From Podospora anserina (lineage: Eukaryota): a stretch of 64,000 nucleotides of DNA. The stretch spans positions 4,898,001 through 4,962,000 of the forward strand of contig CM030333.1 of the NCBI GenBank assembly GCA_017654855.1. Direction: 5' to 3'. This document shows positions 1 to 14,753 of this stretch, piece by piece; the stretch's first letter is position 1, and each line of letters opens with the position of its first letter. Under the pieces are notes generated by a model. That model was not told the DNA's origin, made no database searches, and worked only from the letters and a program-made list of their open reading frames with translations. Position numbers and translations under genes: made by a program.

Positions 1-1129
1 TTGGATAACCGTTTTTGGACTTTCTCGAAGTGTCTCGGACTGGTGATGACGGTGTTTTGCGGTGTGAGGACGGGACGAACGGCAGGCGGCGCCGTTGAGA
101 GAGGCTTGAGAGGCTTGAAGCAGCCTTGGAGGGGATCCACGACCCCTCCTTCCATCCGCCAAACGCGAGACGACTTTCTCGCCAAGTCCACGAAGAAGGC
201 TGCTTGTCAGCTTCTCAGGGCCCTCTGGTCGACCTGCAGCAGCGTGCATCGACCTCTCACAGTCCTTCCCACGCACCCGGATAACCTTGCCCCCATGAAC
301 TATGCACTCATCGTCCGAACTCTTCTGCCACACTAATCCCCAACATGCCTAACCCGATCCCACGCACTCGGGTAGAATCCGAATTTGAGAGGCAGCTTTG
401 TGGGTCCCTGCATGTAATTCCAAGTTGAAACCGACCAGAGTCGAAACGTCGATGAGGACCATCCCCAGATCCTGGCCGCTTTGCTGGCGGCCCAGAAGCC
501 ACACACAAGAGCCGCTTGTTGACAACCGCACCAGTGGCATCTATTCCCGCATCTCCCGCCGTTGCTCCCGTCCAGGTTGCCACCGCGTGGTTTGGTCCGT
601 GTGGCCGCAGGAATATGTAACTGCCCCGTCAGCAAAAGCAAAAGCATGTTGATGCGGTCACTGTCCGCCCAGTTGCGTTGAGGGTCTCGGTTCAGAGGCA
701 CGAAGCTAGTGGGTAGATATCTGGCTGTTTCACACCGCAGCACGCACCCACAACGAGGAACGTCTTCAGCCTTCAAACGGTAAGCCACACTGGATACGAC
801 ACAGGGCACACGGCTACGAGGCTACGCCCATTGTGACATGGTTGAATCTTGAACCGGTCTATTTTAGACGCTCTTTCCTGCATGCTGCATATGATAGATT
901 CTATGGCACGAGTGAATGAACCGTAGCACAAAACAACGCGCGGGATGTGGATATAGGGGGTCCAAAAACCTCACCATATCATACCTGATTTCTTGTCTAC
1001 TCCCCCACTCCCTCACTCCCTCAGCCTGACCTTCCAAGAGCCCACAGCGAATCAGCACCTGGCATCCTGCCTGGTCGGCCGCGGCACTACACCCACTTTC
1101 CCCCGAGGTAGTATTTTCTCTCCATCACC

Positions 1130-2267
1130 TCAGTCCTTCTCGGCGATAGCCTGTAATCTGTCGTCGATCTCGTCCTCTGTAAGTGTCCTGAACCCAGGGT
1201 ATGTGCCTTCCTTGCCGTCTGGGCGTGGCCCTCCCACAATACCAATCTCAATCTCGGTCTTCTTGAAGTCCATGCTGAGGACCGTGCTCAGTGTTGTGAT
1301 TGCAAGCTCAACAACCTCCTTCCAATCACCGTCCGCATAATCCCGGTTCTTGAGCTTCTTCTCGAGATGATTGAGCGCCTCCTGCTGCTTGGGACCCGCA
1401 GCTGTGCCCTTGTAACCGATATAGTAACCGGCGGGGTCGCACTTGAATAACTGCGGCCCCAACTCGGAATCGAGGGAGATCAGCGTCACAGCGAGACCAT
1501 ATGGGCGCATGTATGCCTAGCAAGGATGTCAGCTTCGATATTCCAATATTCCCCTGCCAAGGCAAGTCAATATTTCCCGTCGTCATACCCGTTGAGTGTA
1601 CACTTGACTGATATTGGCAAGTCTCTTGGCCAGAGCATCGCATGGCATCTCATAGCCAAACTTGTATCTGAACTCGGCCGCTTCTGACTGGGCACGCTGG
1701 GAGAACGCTCGCGCATCTGCGATGGAGCCTGTCATGACGCAACCAACCGAGGGCGAGATCTGGAAGATGTGTGTGACGGAAGAAGGGTCGATGAGCTTGT
1801 CCTGCACCACGCTGTTAGAGCTGACCGGCTAGGCAGCAGAATATCGGTTGCTTCTGACGTACTGGAACCTTCTTCTGGGACAGGACAACAGCGCAGTCCT
1901 TGCCCCTGACGCCAATGGACATGATGTTGGCGGCTGTGATGGCCTTGAAGGCATATTCTGCAGGACATCCCTTTGTCAGTCTCTCTCCTACTCAGACGCA
2001 ACCAGTCCCCATTTCCAATTCTCTCAACTCTTCGACAGCTTCCTCTCCTTGGTTCCTCCTCGTCTACTGCCCTCCTTCTCCCCTTGCCCCTCCCTCTCGG
2101 CTATGGCACTTGTACATACCAACTTGGTACAGTCTTCCTTGGTCGGAGAAAATGGTAATGTGTCGGTCGTAACCAGCGTTGCCTGCGCATCAAGTGTTAG
2201 CCAGGACCAAAGTGGAGCTCGAAGCTCGCCCGACAGCGTCGCAGCTGGTAATCGACGTACCCGCCAT
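1130..2267 (-). CDS. SCL1: 20S proteasome subunit alpha-1 (alpha type-6), 5 exons
   Basis: Spliced reading: ATG at 2267, [63 protein letters not shown]...YMRPYG...[22 protein letters not shown]...LQAIAEKD*. The [20 protein letters not shown] proteasome-alpha signature is present, with GT..AG introns. Confidence 0.96.
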
Positions 2268-2954
2268 CTTGACCGATGCGAGCTGATGAAAGCTTTATTG
2301 AAGGATTGTATGAGCGGATGGGAGGAGGACGAATCGGTAGATGCGCAATGTCAAAGATCGGGCAGTGGTGGTTGTTTTGGTGGTGGTGGTGTTGGTGTTG
2401 AGCAGGCGGCAAGGAGCTTCGTTCGTCGTTGCGGTTGGCCTGGCAGGGAAGCTCCAGCTGCCGATCGACGCGTTGCTCTGCTTGCCTGGAGAAGGCTGAC
2501 GGCCAGCTGTTGCGGGCGGTCTGGCTGCCTTGAAAGTTAGGCATTAATTAGAAAGCAGATCTTGGCTTAAGTGGCTGGGGCCCAAGCTTCAATGGTAGTG
2601 GGGTTGCCCCACATTCTTAACTTCTGCTCTGTTATCGGGCGCAAGACCCCTGTATTGGGCGCTGATAAGCACTGGCGGAACAGAAATTTGCTGCAGGCTG
2701 TTTCTCATTCAACTGGCAGCATCGACACAAACACCCAATAGAACTCACGACATCGCCAAACGGCCCCAATATTTCTTGCATTCGGAAACTCTTGGGTCTT
2801 GTTCAAAACAGCGCTACTCGGCTCAATTTGCACTTTTGCCGTTTCTGTGGGAACCCGCGCCCCTGTCCGTCCTACGTCGTCTGTCTCGGTCCAGGGCTTT
2901 TTTTTCTTCACCTCGGTCGACACCTGTTTGCCTGCTTCTTCTTTGCTGGCCAAC

Positions 2955-4211
2955 ATGTCCGCTCGTGTCCCGGCCTGGAAGCGATTGGGCCTCAAGCTCA
3001 AGGGAGCATCCGACGAGAGCCCTGTCTTGAGCTCGACCGGCCCCAATGCCAATTCCGCTTCGCAAGTAAACGGCAGCCCTGTGAGCGCGCTCAAGAGAAA
3101 GCAACCACTATATCAGTCGCCGGCCAACAGCTATAACAGCAATTCGTATGCGCAAACTCCCAACAAGAGGTTCCGAGCCGACGAAGAAACTCCTGGATCA
3201 CAAAGGAAATCTGTGTCCTTCACAGCGGACACCAAGAAGACATCCGTCGAACCAGCAAAGAAGAAGGCAAAGAAAAAGAAGGCCAAGAAGCCAGCGCAAC
3301 CTGTTGCCAAACCCGAGACGAACCTTGAACCATCCCTCGATTACCTTCGCCAGTGGCACACTGCGCGCGACTCGTGGAAGTTCAACAAGAACCACCAGAC
3401 ATTGCTCATTAAGTATCTCTTTGACGGCGACAAGATCCCGTCAGCCGATATTCCAATTTTCTACCAATATATCAGCGACCTCAAGGGAGGCGTGCGGACG
3501 AGGTTACGAGAGACGGCGGTGGAGATCAAGAAGAAAGATATGGAGCAGGGTGTCAGCGCTTTCCCTGCCGACACCAAGGACAAGGCCACCAAGCAGACAG
3601 AGTACGAGGAGGTTATCTCGCGATTTCTTGAGGACCTGCAACAGCATCAAAAGCAACGTCAGTCTACTGGTACCAATGCCAATGGCAAGCGCCCATTAGA
3701 GGAGGTACAATATGTCATCAGAACCGTGGACCCTCTGGTCAAGCAGCGAGCACTGAGGCGCATCCGCGCTGAGATCGTGGCCGTAGAATTAGCGTCGGAC
3801 AGTGAGGAGAGCACCATAACATCGACAGCCGCTGCGTCAACTATCACTTCTTCCTCTTCGTCATCGTCAGGACAGGAGAACGCAGTCGCAGACAAGAGAA
3901 CACGCAGTGATGATGATTCACAACAGCCTGCCAAGAAGCGCAGACTGAGAAAAGTACGCAATATCAGCGATGATGAGAGCAGCAGCTCGTCCGAGTCGGA
4001 AAGTGATAGCTCTGACGACGATGACGATGACGAAGATGAGAACATGGCGGATGCGCCGAATGGTAAGGAGGATGAGGAAACGAGTAGCAGCAGCTCGTCC
4101 TCCTCCGAGTCTTCATCAGAGGATGAGTCTGATGATGAAGAGGAAGCAGATGATGGGAGCGATTCTGACAGCAGCGAAAGTAGCGAGAGTAGTGAGAGTG
4201 ATTCGGACTGA
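2955..4211 (+). CDS. WKF-domain (DUF2373-like) nucleolar/RNA-binding protein with acidic Ser/Asp/Glu tail
   Basis: ATG at 2955 (MSARVPAWKRLGLKLK), a lysine-rich NLS-like stretch, the motif YLRQW...SWKFNKNHQTLL...YISDLKGGVRTRL and a low-complexity S/D/E C-terminus. Divergent from the proteasome gene. Confidence 0.8.
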   Translation: MSARVPAWKRLGLKLKGASDESPVLSSTGPNANSASQVNGSPVSALKRKQPLYQSPANSYNSNSYAQTPNKRFRADEETPGSQRKSVSFTADTKKTSVEPAKKKAKKKKAKKPAQPVAKPETNLEPSLDYLRQWHTARDSWKFNKNHQTLLIKYLFDGDKIPSADIPIFYQYISDLKGGVRTRLRETAVEIKKKDMEQGVSAFPADTKDKATKQTEYEEVISRFLEDLQQHQKQRQSTGTNANGKRPLEEVQYVIRTVDPLVKQRALRRIRAEIVAVELASDSEESTITSTAAASTITSSSSSSSGQENAVADKRTRSDDDSQQPAKKRRLRKVRNISDDESSSSSESESDSSDDDDDDEDENMADAPNGKEDEETSSSSSSSSESSSEDESDDEEEADDGSDSDSSESSESSESDSD

Positions 4212-4819
4212 GCATCTGTCTTGTTTAGAGGTTATTAGCCGGATGGGTCAAATTTTGTTACGATCTGGTCATCATGTACATCATAAACGAGCTTCACAGC
4301 ATGGCGGACAGTTACTCAAGCTAATTCAGCACTCGGATATGGTAGATCAATGACAACTGAATTTCTAATGTCACAGGGTGTCTCATGTAACAGTAAAATA
4401 GTATACCATAAATAAAAAGAGAGTTGCTGCCACCCAAATGATGTTTGCGCTGTACAGTGTTATCCTGTACTTGATGTTCAAGACGATGCCACCCCCCACT
4501 TCTACCTACTCCTCTTTCTCGGCCATGACAAGAAGATTGAAACAAATGTACGATGGTCCCGCAACGCCTTGCTACAAAAATCGAAAATCATAAAAGCAGA
4601 GAGCCTACCTAATGCTGCGCATAAATACCAGAATACCCCCCAATCCGCTCTAGCTCTGTCCTTGGGTCACGCCAACCCCTGATCACCAACCGACGTGCTC
4701 ACATGATCCATAAATGCAGCCGCTCCCTTCTCTTGTATCCAAAGGAAGATAAACTCATAAACATCGTTGCCTTGACCAGCTCACATTGACTGGAAGCCAG
4801 AACAGAAAAAGAAAAAAAA

Positions 4820-6136
4820 TCATGCCTCCTCCATCAGACTCCCCACCTCAAGAAGTCCAACACACTCTCCCCGATCCATAACAGCGACAATCGCATTATC
4901 CTCATACTGCCCATCCCCAAGCGCAACCCTCATCCCCAGCACCCACTCGGCCGCCTTTTCCACGCTCGAGTCGGCAGCAACAGGCACAAACTCCTTCTTG
5001 CTCGTCACCAGCCACCCCTTCAGCTCCTCCAACCTGGTCACCAGATCCGCCGAGTCCAGCTTCCTGATCCGCCTGGGGGAGATAACATCCCCGGTCTGCA
5101 ACCTCACCCACCCCGAAGGCGAGGCATAGCCCGCCCTGAGCACATCCGCACCCGTAGCCGTCTTTTCTGGGGGGGTATTCAGGAGCGGAATCATCTCCAT
5201 TCGCACCGCCAGTTCCCTCGCGCTCTTTTCACTCGAGCTTGGCTTCCTCAGTGCAGCCCCGATCGCGCCGCCGGGGTGATTTTTGGCAAACACGCTCGCC
5301 ACGCTGGGGTGTAGCTCCCTGCTGGCGACGATTGCGAGCGCATCCCCTACCGTCAGCGCCACCGTCGTGGAGGTTGTTGGTGCCGACACGCCAAAGGACT
5401 TTGTCTCTGGCTCGTGGATCGGTGCGGGAAGAAGGATGGTGTCGGGGCGGTGCTTGATCAGCTCGCATGTTTCCGGGCGGGTGTGAGACGTCAAGAGGAT
5501 GAGAGGAAGTGACTTGTCGAGGTGAGGGAGAAGCGTCAGGAGCTCGGGGGTTTTGCCGGAGAAGGTGATCAGCAAGAAGGTGTCGCGGGGGCCGATCTGG
5601 CCCAGATCGCCGTGGAGGGCCTCGGTGGGGTGGAGAAAAACGGCTTGGATGGCGAGCGAGTTGAAGGTTGCGACGAGCTTCTTGGCGATGTGCCCTGACT
5701 TGCCGACGCCTATTACTACTATCTTGCCGTCTGTCGCTCCTCGGCTGTGGGAGTGGTGTTGGTGGTGGGGGTATTTGGGGTGGTTGCAGCGGGTGATGGC
5801 CTCAACGGCGCGGTTGAAGCCTTCGCGGGCGAGACGGTCGGTGGAGTAGAGCGCCGTCAGGTTCTGCAGGGCAGTGGTCTCGGTGGAGAGGACGTGGACG
5901 GCGTTGGAGAGACGCTCTTCGACGGCGAGCTTCTCGTCGGCGACGGCAATGGCCGGCTGGGAGAGGGAGAGGGCCTCGATCGGCATGCCATTGCAAAAGT
6001 CATCGTCCTCGGCGGGTGTGATGGGGGACGGAGGGGACAGTGGGGGGATGGTTGAGAAGGTCGGAGGCATCTGGCGGAGGAGGTAAACCTCGCTGTTGTG
6101 GACGGGAGTGCGCCCGTGCTGGCGCTGTTCAACCAT
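4820..6136 (-). CDS. SIS-domain sugar-phosphate isomerase, KpsF/GutQ-like
   Basis: Motifs [62 protein letters not shown] and NHPGGAIG. Start taken at MVEQRQH (6136), which is uncertain. Confidence 0.88.
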   Translation of the reverse strand: MVEQRQHGRTPVHNSEVYLLRQMPPTFSTIPPLSPPSPITPAEDDDFCNGMPIEALSLSQPAIAVADEKLAVEERLSNAVHVLSTETTALQNLTALYSTDRLAREGFNRAVEAITRCNHPKYPHHQHHSHSRGATDGKIVVIGVGKSGHIAKKLVATFNSLAIQAVFLHPTEALHGDLGQIGPRDTFLLITFSGKTPELLTLLPHLDKSLPLILLTSHTRPETCELIKHRPDTILLPAPIHEPETKSFGVSAPTTSTTVALTVGDALAIVASRELHPSVASVFAKNHPGGAIGAALRKPSSSEKSARELAVRMEMIPLLNTPPEKTATGADVLRAGYASPSGWVRLQTGDVISPRRIRKLDSADLVTRLEELKGWLVTSKKEFVPVAADSSVEKAAEWVLGMRVALGDGQYEDNAIVAVMDRGECVGLLEVGSLMEEA

Positions 6137-6647
6137 TTTGCCGCAGTGTTTCTTCTTCCGTCCTACAACGAGCGCACTTGCAAAACTCCCTCTCCTGCTA
6201 GACAATTCCTCCCTTCTTCTGCCTCTGTTTTTTTGTTCCCACTGTTTCAATTCCTTCTAGAAGTGTTTTTCTTTCGAATCGGCGCGAGTCGCTCGTGGGC
6301 CACGGCTCACCGAATGCCTGGGGTGGAGAATTGGACTCGGGTTTCCACGGGTCTGGGAAGTACCGGTAAGGGCACCCCTTCGAAAGGATCAAGTTTGCAA
6401 CTGGCACAACTTTGACCAAAAGGTAAAGCTTGAGTGTACCGAAGGAGCGGTAAAGAGATGAACTTCTTGTTCTGAAAGAAGATGAGAGAGTCGGTCAATC
6501 TATCGACCGAATTGCTGACGATGTCCGTCTGATCCGTTCTATCCGCGGTATTATAGTCGCCCCGAAGTCTTGATCTGTATGTGAATGGTGGGGATTTGGT
6601 GGAGGGGTACTTTGATGTTGGTCCCTTGAATACGACGTCCGTTCTCG

Positions 6648-6689
6648 CAGGTGTGTAAGAAGAGACAGGTGTGTAAGAAGAGACAGGTG
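6648..6689. repeat. 18-bp tandem repeat (CAGGTGTGTAAGAAGAGA x2.3)
   Basis: Units read directly at 6648-6665 and 6666-6683, with a partial copy at 6684-6689. Lies upstream of the SIS gene. Confidence 0.85.
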
Positions 6690-8564
6690 CTGTGTAGACC
6701 AAGAACGGAAGAGAAAAGGTCAAGGTGGGAGAAAAGAAAAATTATTAGTTAGAGGGAGGAGGGCATGGTTATGACGGGGCAACACAAAGCCTCAGTAGGT
6801 ATTTGTGATCCTATCATTCCCGGGGCCCTATTTTCCCTCCAAAAATGGAGCCGTTTGATGTCAAGGGACAACCTAACGAGTTCGTTCTTGGGTTGGACCC
6901 CGAGGGGAGGCAAAGTGTAGCGATCTTCAGGGTTTGGTATCCCTCCAAGATCGGGAACTTACCCTGATGGGCAAACGAACCAGGGAAATCAGATCAAAAA
7001 TACCCCAGCAGCGCTAGCCGCAGTTCTCTCTGCCTTTGTGCGGCAGGTGTGTGTGGTAGCGGCCCATTTCAGATGCATGGAGATGGATTCAGGTGGGTGG
7101 ATTGGGGGGGGAGGGGATGGATGCTTGGATACCCACTGCCACGGTTGAGATAAATTGCTTCCTTCGAGGCTTTTGCTGCTGATGAATCAACGGACGTGGT
7201 GGGATGGCGGGGCTCTCCAACCTAGGTTGATTTGGCCCGCGTCTACACGCGTGTTTAGCATATGCTTTCTACGGGTGGCGTGCATGGGGGTCCTCTTTGG
7301 CAAGTGGTTGCGCGAGCTTGCGTGATTTGCCCAAGCCATCCTATACATTCTTTTTATTCTCTTGTTCTCTATAACTGACCTCGTTATGTGTGCCGCCCAT
7401 CCGTATTTCACCGCCAGACTTCCTGGCCTTCTCTTTTGGGCATTTATTCTGTAACCTGGTGGACGCTGCCGAGGCGTCTTATCTATAAGATCAGGGTTGG
7501 ATAAGGCAAGGGGATTTTGCCGAGCGGTCGGCGCGGGGAATAGCCCCGAATGATGTCGGTGGCAGCCTGTTCCGTTTTCTGAACCCTTTTCTCTCCGGGC
7601 TCCGATCGCTCGGCCCCTTTCTCCCTAACGCCGAGATCTGTTCCGGTTGACTGGATCGGTTGGAATATGCTCTGATCTGAGGCACTGGGGATCTTACCAT
7701 CAATCACGTTGATGGCCCTGACGCAACCATCTGCTGCCTGTCCTCCATCGATGTGCTCTACTAGGTACGGTGACGCTCAAGATCTTGGTTTTGGAAGTTT
7801 GCACTTTACAGCCAGACGAATGGAAGAAACCTGGACCGTTGAACTTTGGCGTTGCAACGGCTGCCCTGCCCAGACCAGCCCCAGACTGCCGGCCCGGCTC
7901 CGATGGTTAGTGGTGTCAATCGGAGAATGGAAATAAAAAGTGACAATCCACTCTATGCTGTAGTCCACAAGACAGCTTAGCGGCTCTTGCGTCATATTGC
8001 GAATGCGGAAGAAGGAGGGGATACAATGGATGATCTGGTTTTTGAATTGCCTCTTTGTTCCAGCAAAACGTATGCTGCTCTTGGTGCAATTAGGCAGTTT
8101 GATCTATACCTACTACCATATATATAAGGTATGCAAGTATTGTCCAGAGACATTCTTATTGGACACGACCAGCATACTGTCCATAGCATGGTGTTATTGA
8201 AGTAAAAGATTCTCAGCATCTTCTATCCGTATGAACATACACTCAAGCAATCCTTTTGATACTCTTCTTCATGGCTTAGCGATGCCAAGTCCACAATGAA
8301 GCAACACTTGCGTCCCGTCGTGCCCTTGCACCATGAACCCTAACCCATGACATTGCTATCCCTTATCGCAGCTTATCAGTTTGCCGCTGACCGTGTCGTT
8401 GTCGCGGGGTAGTATTTTTGGAACCTCGTAGATAGACCTCAACAATATCTTTCCACCAATATCTTTCCTTCCACCTGAGCATTTCCATATAGGTCTCTAG
8501 CCTAGCCACTCATTTGGTAGTTTCGTGTATCTCTCCATCGGTTATTGTCATCGCTATTGCAAAC

Positions 8565-9187
8565 ATGGCTGAGAAGATTTCGGTCCTTTTCGTTTGCCTG
8601 GGCAACATCTGTAGATCGACCATGGCTGAAGGCGTCTTCCAAGCCATGGCAAAGAAGGAGCCGTACAAGGATCTGGTTGCCGATATTGATTCTTGCGGAA
8701 CAGGTATGTCTCTCTCGATGATGTCGCCCTCTGTGTCGTCTCCAGCAACCCTAACCACACTATCTTTCTTTGACCAGGTGGGTACCACATTGGTGAAGGA
8801 CCAGATGACCGCACCATGTCCACCCTCGAATCTCATGGTATCACTGACTATGTGCATGCGGCACGCAAGGTAAGGCTCGGTCTATCGATCGGCGGGTTCG
8901 GGCATCGTTTCTAATCGCTGTTGAAGGTGAATGCGTCTGATTTCGACAAGTTTGATTACATCTTCGCCATGGACCGTGCCAACCTCTCCGACCTCCAACG
9001 TATCCAGCAACGCAAATCGAACAACAAGGCCAAAGTGATGCTTTTCGGAGAGTACTCAGGAACCGGCAAGGCCGAGGTGATCAGTGACCCCTACTATGGT
9101 GGGCAGCAGGGTTTCGAGAAGGCGTATGAACAGGCGACCCGTTTCTCGACCAATTTCCTCAAGGAAGTCTTCCCTGACGTTAACTAA
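8565..9187 (+). CDS. LTP1: Low-molecular-weight phosphotyrosine protein phosphatase, 3 exons
   Basis: MAEKISVLFVCLGNICRS (CX5R P-loop), DSCGTGGYHIGEGPD, FDYIFAMDRAN and the DPYYGG loop. Introns at about 8704-8777 and 8870-8926. Confidence 0.94.
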
Positions 9188-10908
9188 GCCCTAGCTTTGA
9201 TCGGTTCTTTGCTGTCGAGCCAAGTGTCGTGGTGTCGTGTTTTCGCCCATGGATAGACAAAAGATACCATTTTTGGATTGATTGCTTATTGACGTTGTGT
9301 CCTCCTCGTCTCAACCCTATGCGCTACCACGCTGCAACTTCCATCTCTGTTCCTGCATTCACTTCACGCACCGGTGTGCTCGTCATGTCGGTTCTGGAAA
9401 ATCGATACTTCGGATGGGGGGCTGAAGGTCCTGCTAGTCTTGCCCTTCCAGTGATTTGCAGAGCAGGGCAACAGATCTACTTATACATATTCTGATCCAT
9501 TCTCGCATGCTTCGAGATTCAAAAGGATGTCTTGCTGATCGCCTCATTATCTCGTAATATGACCAGACAAAGCTTGAAGCGAGGTCTTCGGGAATCGCCT
9601 TCAACTCTTGGGCACTGCATCAATCCGGAATGGTGCCATCTGGCACCCTACACCATGCCATTTTGAGAGGTGCGTCAGCCCTACGACCAATTTCAGTGGC
9701 CCACGACCGGCAGGCCGCCCGGCAGAGTGGTTCTGGATGAGACTGACCCCCGAGAAACGTTGGAAGGATTCAAATTGGAAGCATACTACCTCGGTAGTTG
9801 TCCACTGTGAAGAGATCAAGCTCAGCAGCAGCAGCGTCGTTGACACAACTCGGTCGGGTTGAAAGAGGTGGTGATCTTCCCAACAGATAGTACGCCGTAC
9901 CCCTCTCGGCCGGATTAGTCTGAGCACTGCTATTCGGCGAGGACCGACGATACGAGCAAACCAACAAGGCTTGGAGCTGTCGGTTTGGACCAGTTGCGAA
10001 GAACCCTAGACACCACCGTCATTTCATGATGTCGACGAACAAAGAAGCAGGCAACCTTGAGCGCTTCAGGCGGCTTTTGAAACCCCATTTCTTCATCTCC
10101 CTCTACCCACTTCGATCTGACAAACAGACCCATTTGGGATGAGAACTTCTTCTGCTTGGATTCATGCGAGAGGCGAGGTTTCTCGCGCGCGCGTACTGAA
10201 GCACACTGCAAGTCAGCTTGATTAGCGCCTGGACTTCCTGACAGGGGCTGCTCAAAGTATGTATCTCTCCACAGCACTTTGGCTGGAGAGTGACATGCCC
10301 AGTGTGTCAGTGTCTGGAAAGCAGCGGCCGCCGACGGGTGATTGTGGGGATTCGAAGCCCCAGAACCCCGCCGGCCCCCATTTTTGTGCTCTTCACCAAG
10401 CATCCCTTGTCATTTGTCACGCCAACCGGCAGCCGAGCTTGCAAGCCAGGGTCGCATCTCAGCCCCTCCATCTTGTTCGCTGCGGCGCTGCCTTGCATTT
10501 CTCCTTTCTCCATCAAAGGACGGTTGCGGACGCCTTAAATACCAGACTCACATCGGGCTTCGAAGCCAGACGTTTCTGGGCTGCCTCCTCCTTCTACCCT
10601 TCTACCCCCTCCTCCACTCTTGGTGCCTTGGATCCCTCTGCCCCGCTACCTACCTGACCTCCCCGGTTCGGCCCCTTTCCGTCGCAAACTGTCGTTCCTC
10701 AGCTCGAAACTTGCTCTCCCACTGCTTCCTTCCCATCCCGTCCCACACTCGGCCTCCCGTCTTTTGTGTGTTGCCTGACAGGCTTTGTCCGTGCCTATCG
10801 ATAGCTGCTTACCTGCCCCTCCTTTTTTTTGGGTCCTCCCCGCATCGTTGAGCTCCATCGCCTTTCCCGCCAGCATCTCCCCAGACCGTTCAGGCATAAA
10901 TATCCATC

Positions 10909-12443
<1,535 letters not shown>

Positions 12444-13962
12444 GAGGCTGTCTCTGATGTTTTAAGCACCGAGGGCGAGGATTGGGTGGTTATACCGCCC
12501 TTTGATCTTGACAATAATGGTGACCCGTGGGTGGTACTGCATCTGACTGATATGGTAACGGACATACATGAAAGGACACTGGAGTCGAAAGACATGCCGA
12601 CCTTTCATTATGATGGAACAAGGATACAGGCCCCTGCTAAGCACAAGGCAGAGCTCCCTGTCCCTGACCACCTGGTGCGAGAGAGGGCGTGGGAAAAGGA
12701 GAAGTGGAGGGCCTATAAGCAGCATCGCAAGGCTGTTGAAACGCTCATGATCAAATGTGGGTGCAGAAAAGCGCAAGGGTGTCATCTTTTGGAAGCAGCG
12801 GTCAGATCTTATACTCGGTATGAGAAGGTGAGCTACCGTGGTGGCTCTACTCGATAACTCTGTCCAAGGAAGCGGACATTGTTTATCTCGACAAGCTTAG
12901 CGATTCATGTGATAGCGCGGATTCTTTGTTTTAGTTATCTTTTTGTTTTGATCGCCGTATGTTGGATGGAAGACGGAAGAGGGGGGGGGTGTTCTTGAAT
13001 ACCTACAGAACAAGACAAGACCAGCGAGCGAGCTGGAGTTATAGTTTCTCATTTTAAAATGAAGAGGGTTTAATAAAGCACTAACGAGGGTTGACTGATG
13101 AGAATGTGTGCCCTGCCTCGAGACAAAAGTCTTGTGTGGCCATTGGGAACCTGAACAATGTTGTTGGGATGAAGCAGTCGTCATCGTCTAACATCTGGAC
13201 CGTCTACAAGCAAACAAAACCAGATTTGTGCGAAGTAGCACATTGTCACGACTCCCATCCATTTCAGTAACACATCAACACGCAAACATCAAATCACAGA
13301 AGCACCAAGTCATGGTAGTAAAATCCCCAAAGAGCCTGAATTAAATATTTGACCTTGCCTTTTTGTCTTGAACAGCAAGGTCTTTTCCATCTCTATATAT
13401 AGTACCCTAACCATCCTCCCCTTCAGTCATCGCCTGTCCGCCCACCGAATAATTCACCAAAGAAAAAAGAGGAACCAAAACCATCCATTTTGCAAAGGGT
13501 ATACCCATGAGAAAGAAAAAAACAACCGCCCGGAAATATTGTTCAAAAATGTGCAATATGCGAAGTATTAAATGAGTGAATGAGAACTTGCAAAGTGTGG
13601 TGGTGGTGTTGGTGGTAGTGGTGTATGTGAGATGAGATGAGGTATATGTATCGTCATGGCGCTGGTAGTTTGTATTTGTGATGTTGTTTTGTGAGTGTGT
13701 ATGTATGGTGGTGTGGTAGGACTGGTTAGATAGGTATTTTGGGGAGAGCGGCACGGGTTGAAGGATGGTCGTTGGGGAGAGAACCAACCAACACACCCAA
13801 ACTGGGAGAAAACACGGCAAAGGATGGAAGCTCACTCGGCTTCCATCCATCCCGTCTAACCCACGCTCCTTCTCCCCCCACCACCAAGATCCAAATTTGG
13901 GCGGTTCAGACCCTTCCAAGATGTCCAATTTCATTCGACACACGGAATTATCGAGAAACAGC

Positions 13963-14753
13963 TTAGAAGAACCAGTAAAAGGTGGTGTAAGGAACGCTGT
14001 GCACACCGACACCAGCAACACCGCACTTTTGCCCCACGCCACCGGCTGTGATGACACGGTAAACCTGGGTGATCCCACTCGAGAGGCCCTTCCCGCTGTC
14101 TCCAAGCTGGAGCCAGGCCACGGCTCCAGTCTTGAGAGGGCCCTTGTCAGCGTTGGCAGGGGCATCCACATTATCCAACTTTGTCACACTGGCCTTGAGC
14201 CCGACCCGGTTGAGGTCGAACATCGGGGTGCTGCTGATGTCGAAGTAGTGATGGCCAAGATACTCGGCGATGGGAAAACCGAGCAGCTTCAGGTCCTCCT
14301 CCTTGGGGAATGGCGCTGTGGCATGAGCACCATACTTGGTTCCCGCGAGCTTGTTGAGAGTCAGAGGCTTGAGGAGAAGCGCAGAGGGGATCCTATCCCA
14401 GAGTGCTTTGGCAATGCCGGTCTTTGGCGTTCCTGGGGCGTACTTTGTCACGTCGTAGAGAATAGCAACGGCACCATCGGCCTTAGGGGCAGAGGTGGTG
14501 TCGACGCATGTGTAATTTTGGATACCATGGCCGACGGCAATCTTCTTGAGGGTGAAGCTCGGTGGTGGTGAGGGGAGTTCTCGGGCACCTGTTTCTAGTT
14601 AGCCTCCCGGATCCCTTTCTCTGTCATTTCGATCCAGGTTCTGTGGTACTTACCTCCAGTCTTGGGAAGAGTGGGCACAAATGTCGGTTGGCATGGGGCA
14701 GCATATGCTACCGTGGCCATCGCGGCAAGAAGTATCGACTTGACTGACACCAT
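13963..14753 (-). CDS. Secreted DUF3455-family protein (often mislabelled malate dehydrogenase), 2 exons
   Basis: Signal peptide MVSVKSILLAAMATVAYA. Intron 14653-14589 joins to IAVGHGIQNYTC...GAVAILYD...LGHHYF...GAVAWLQL...VYRVITAGG...VPYTTFYWFF*. Confidence 0.82.

Noticed and set aside
1848-2540. Long ORFs such as 1848-2540, 13765-14571, 37509-38501, 43423-44292 and 52482-53327
   Set aside because: Antisense shadows of real genes with strong codon bias.
6648-6689. Repeat resembles the Tn5 mosaic end / Nextera adapter (AGATGTGTATAAGAGACAG)
   Set aside because: It has a mismatch and an indel relative to the adapter, identical in both units, so a native short tandem duplication is more likely.
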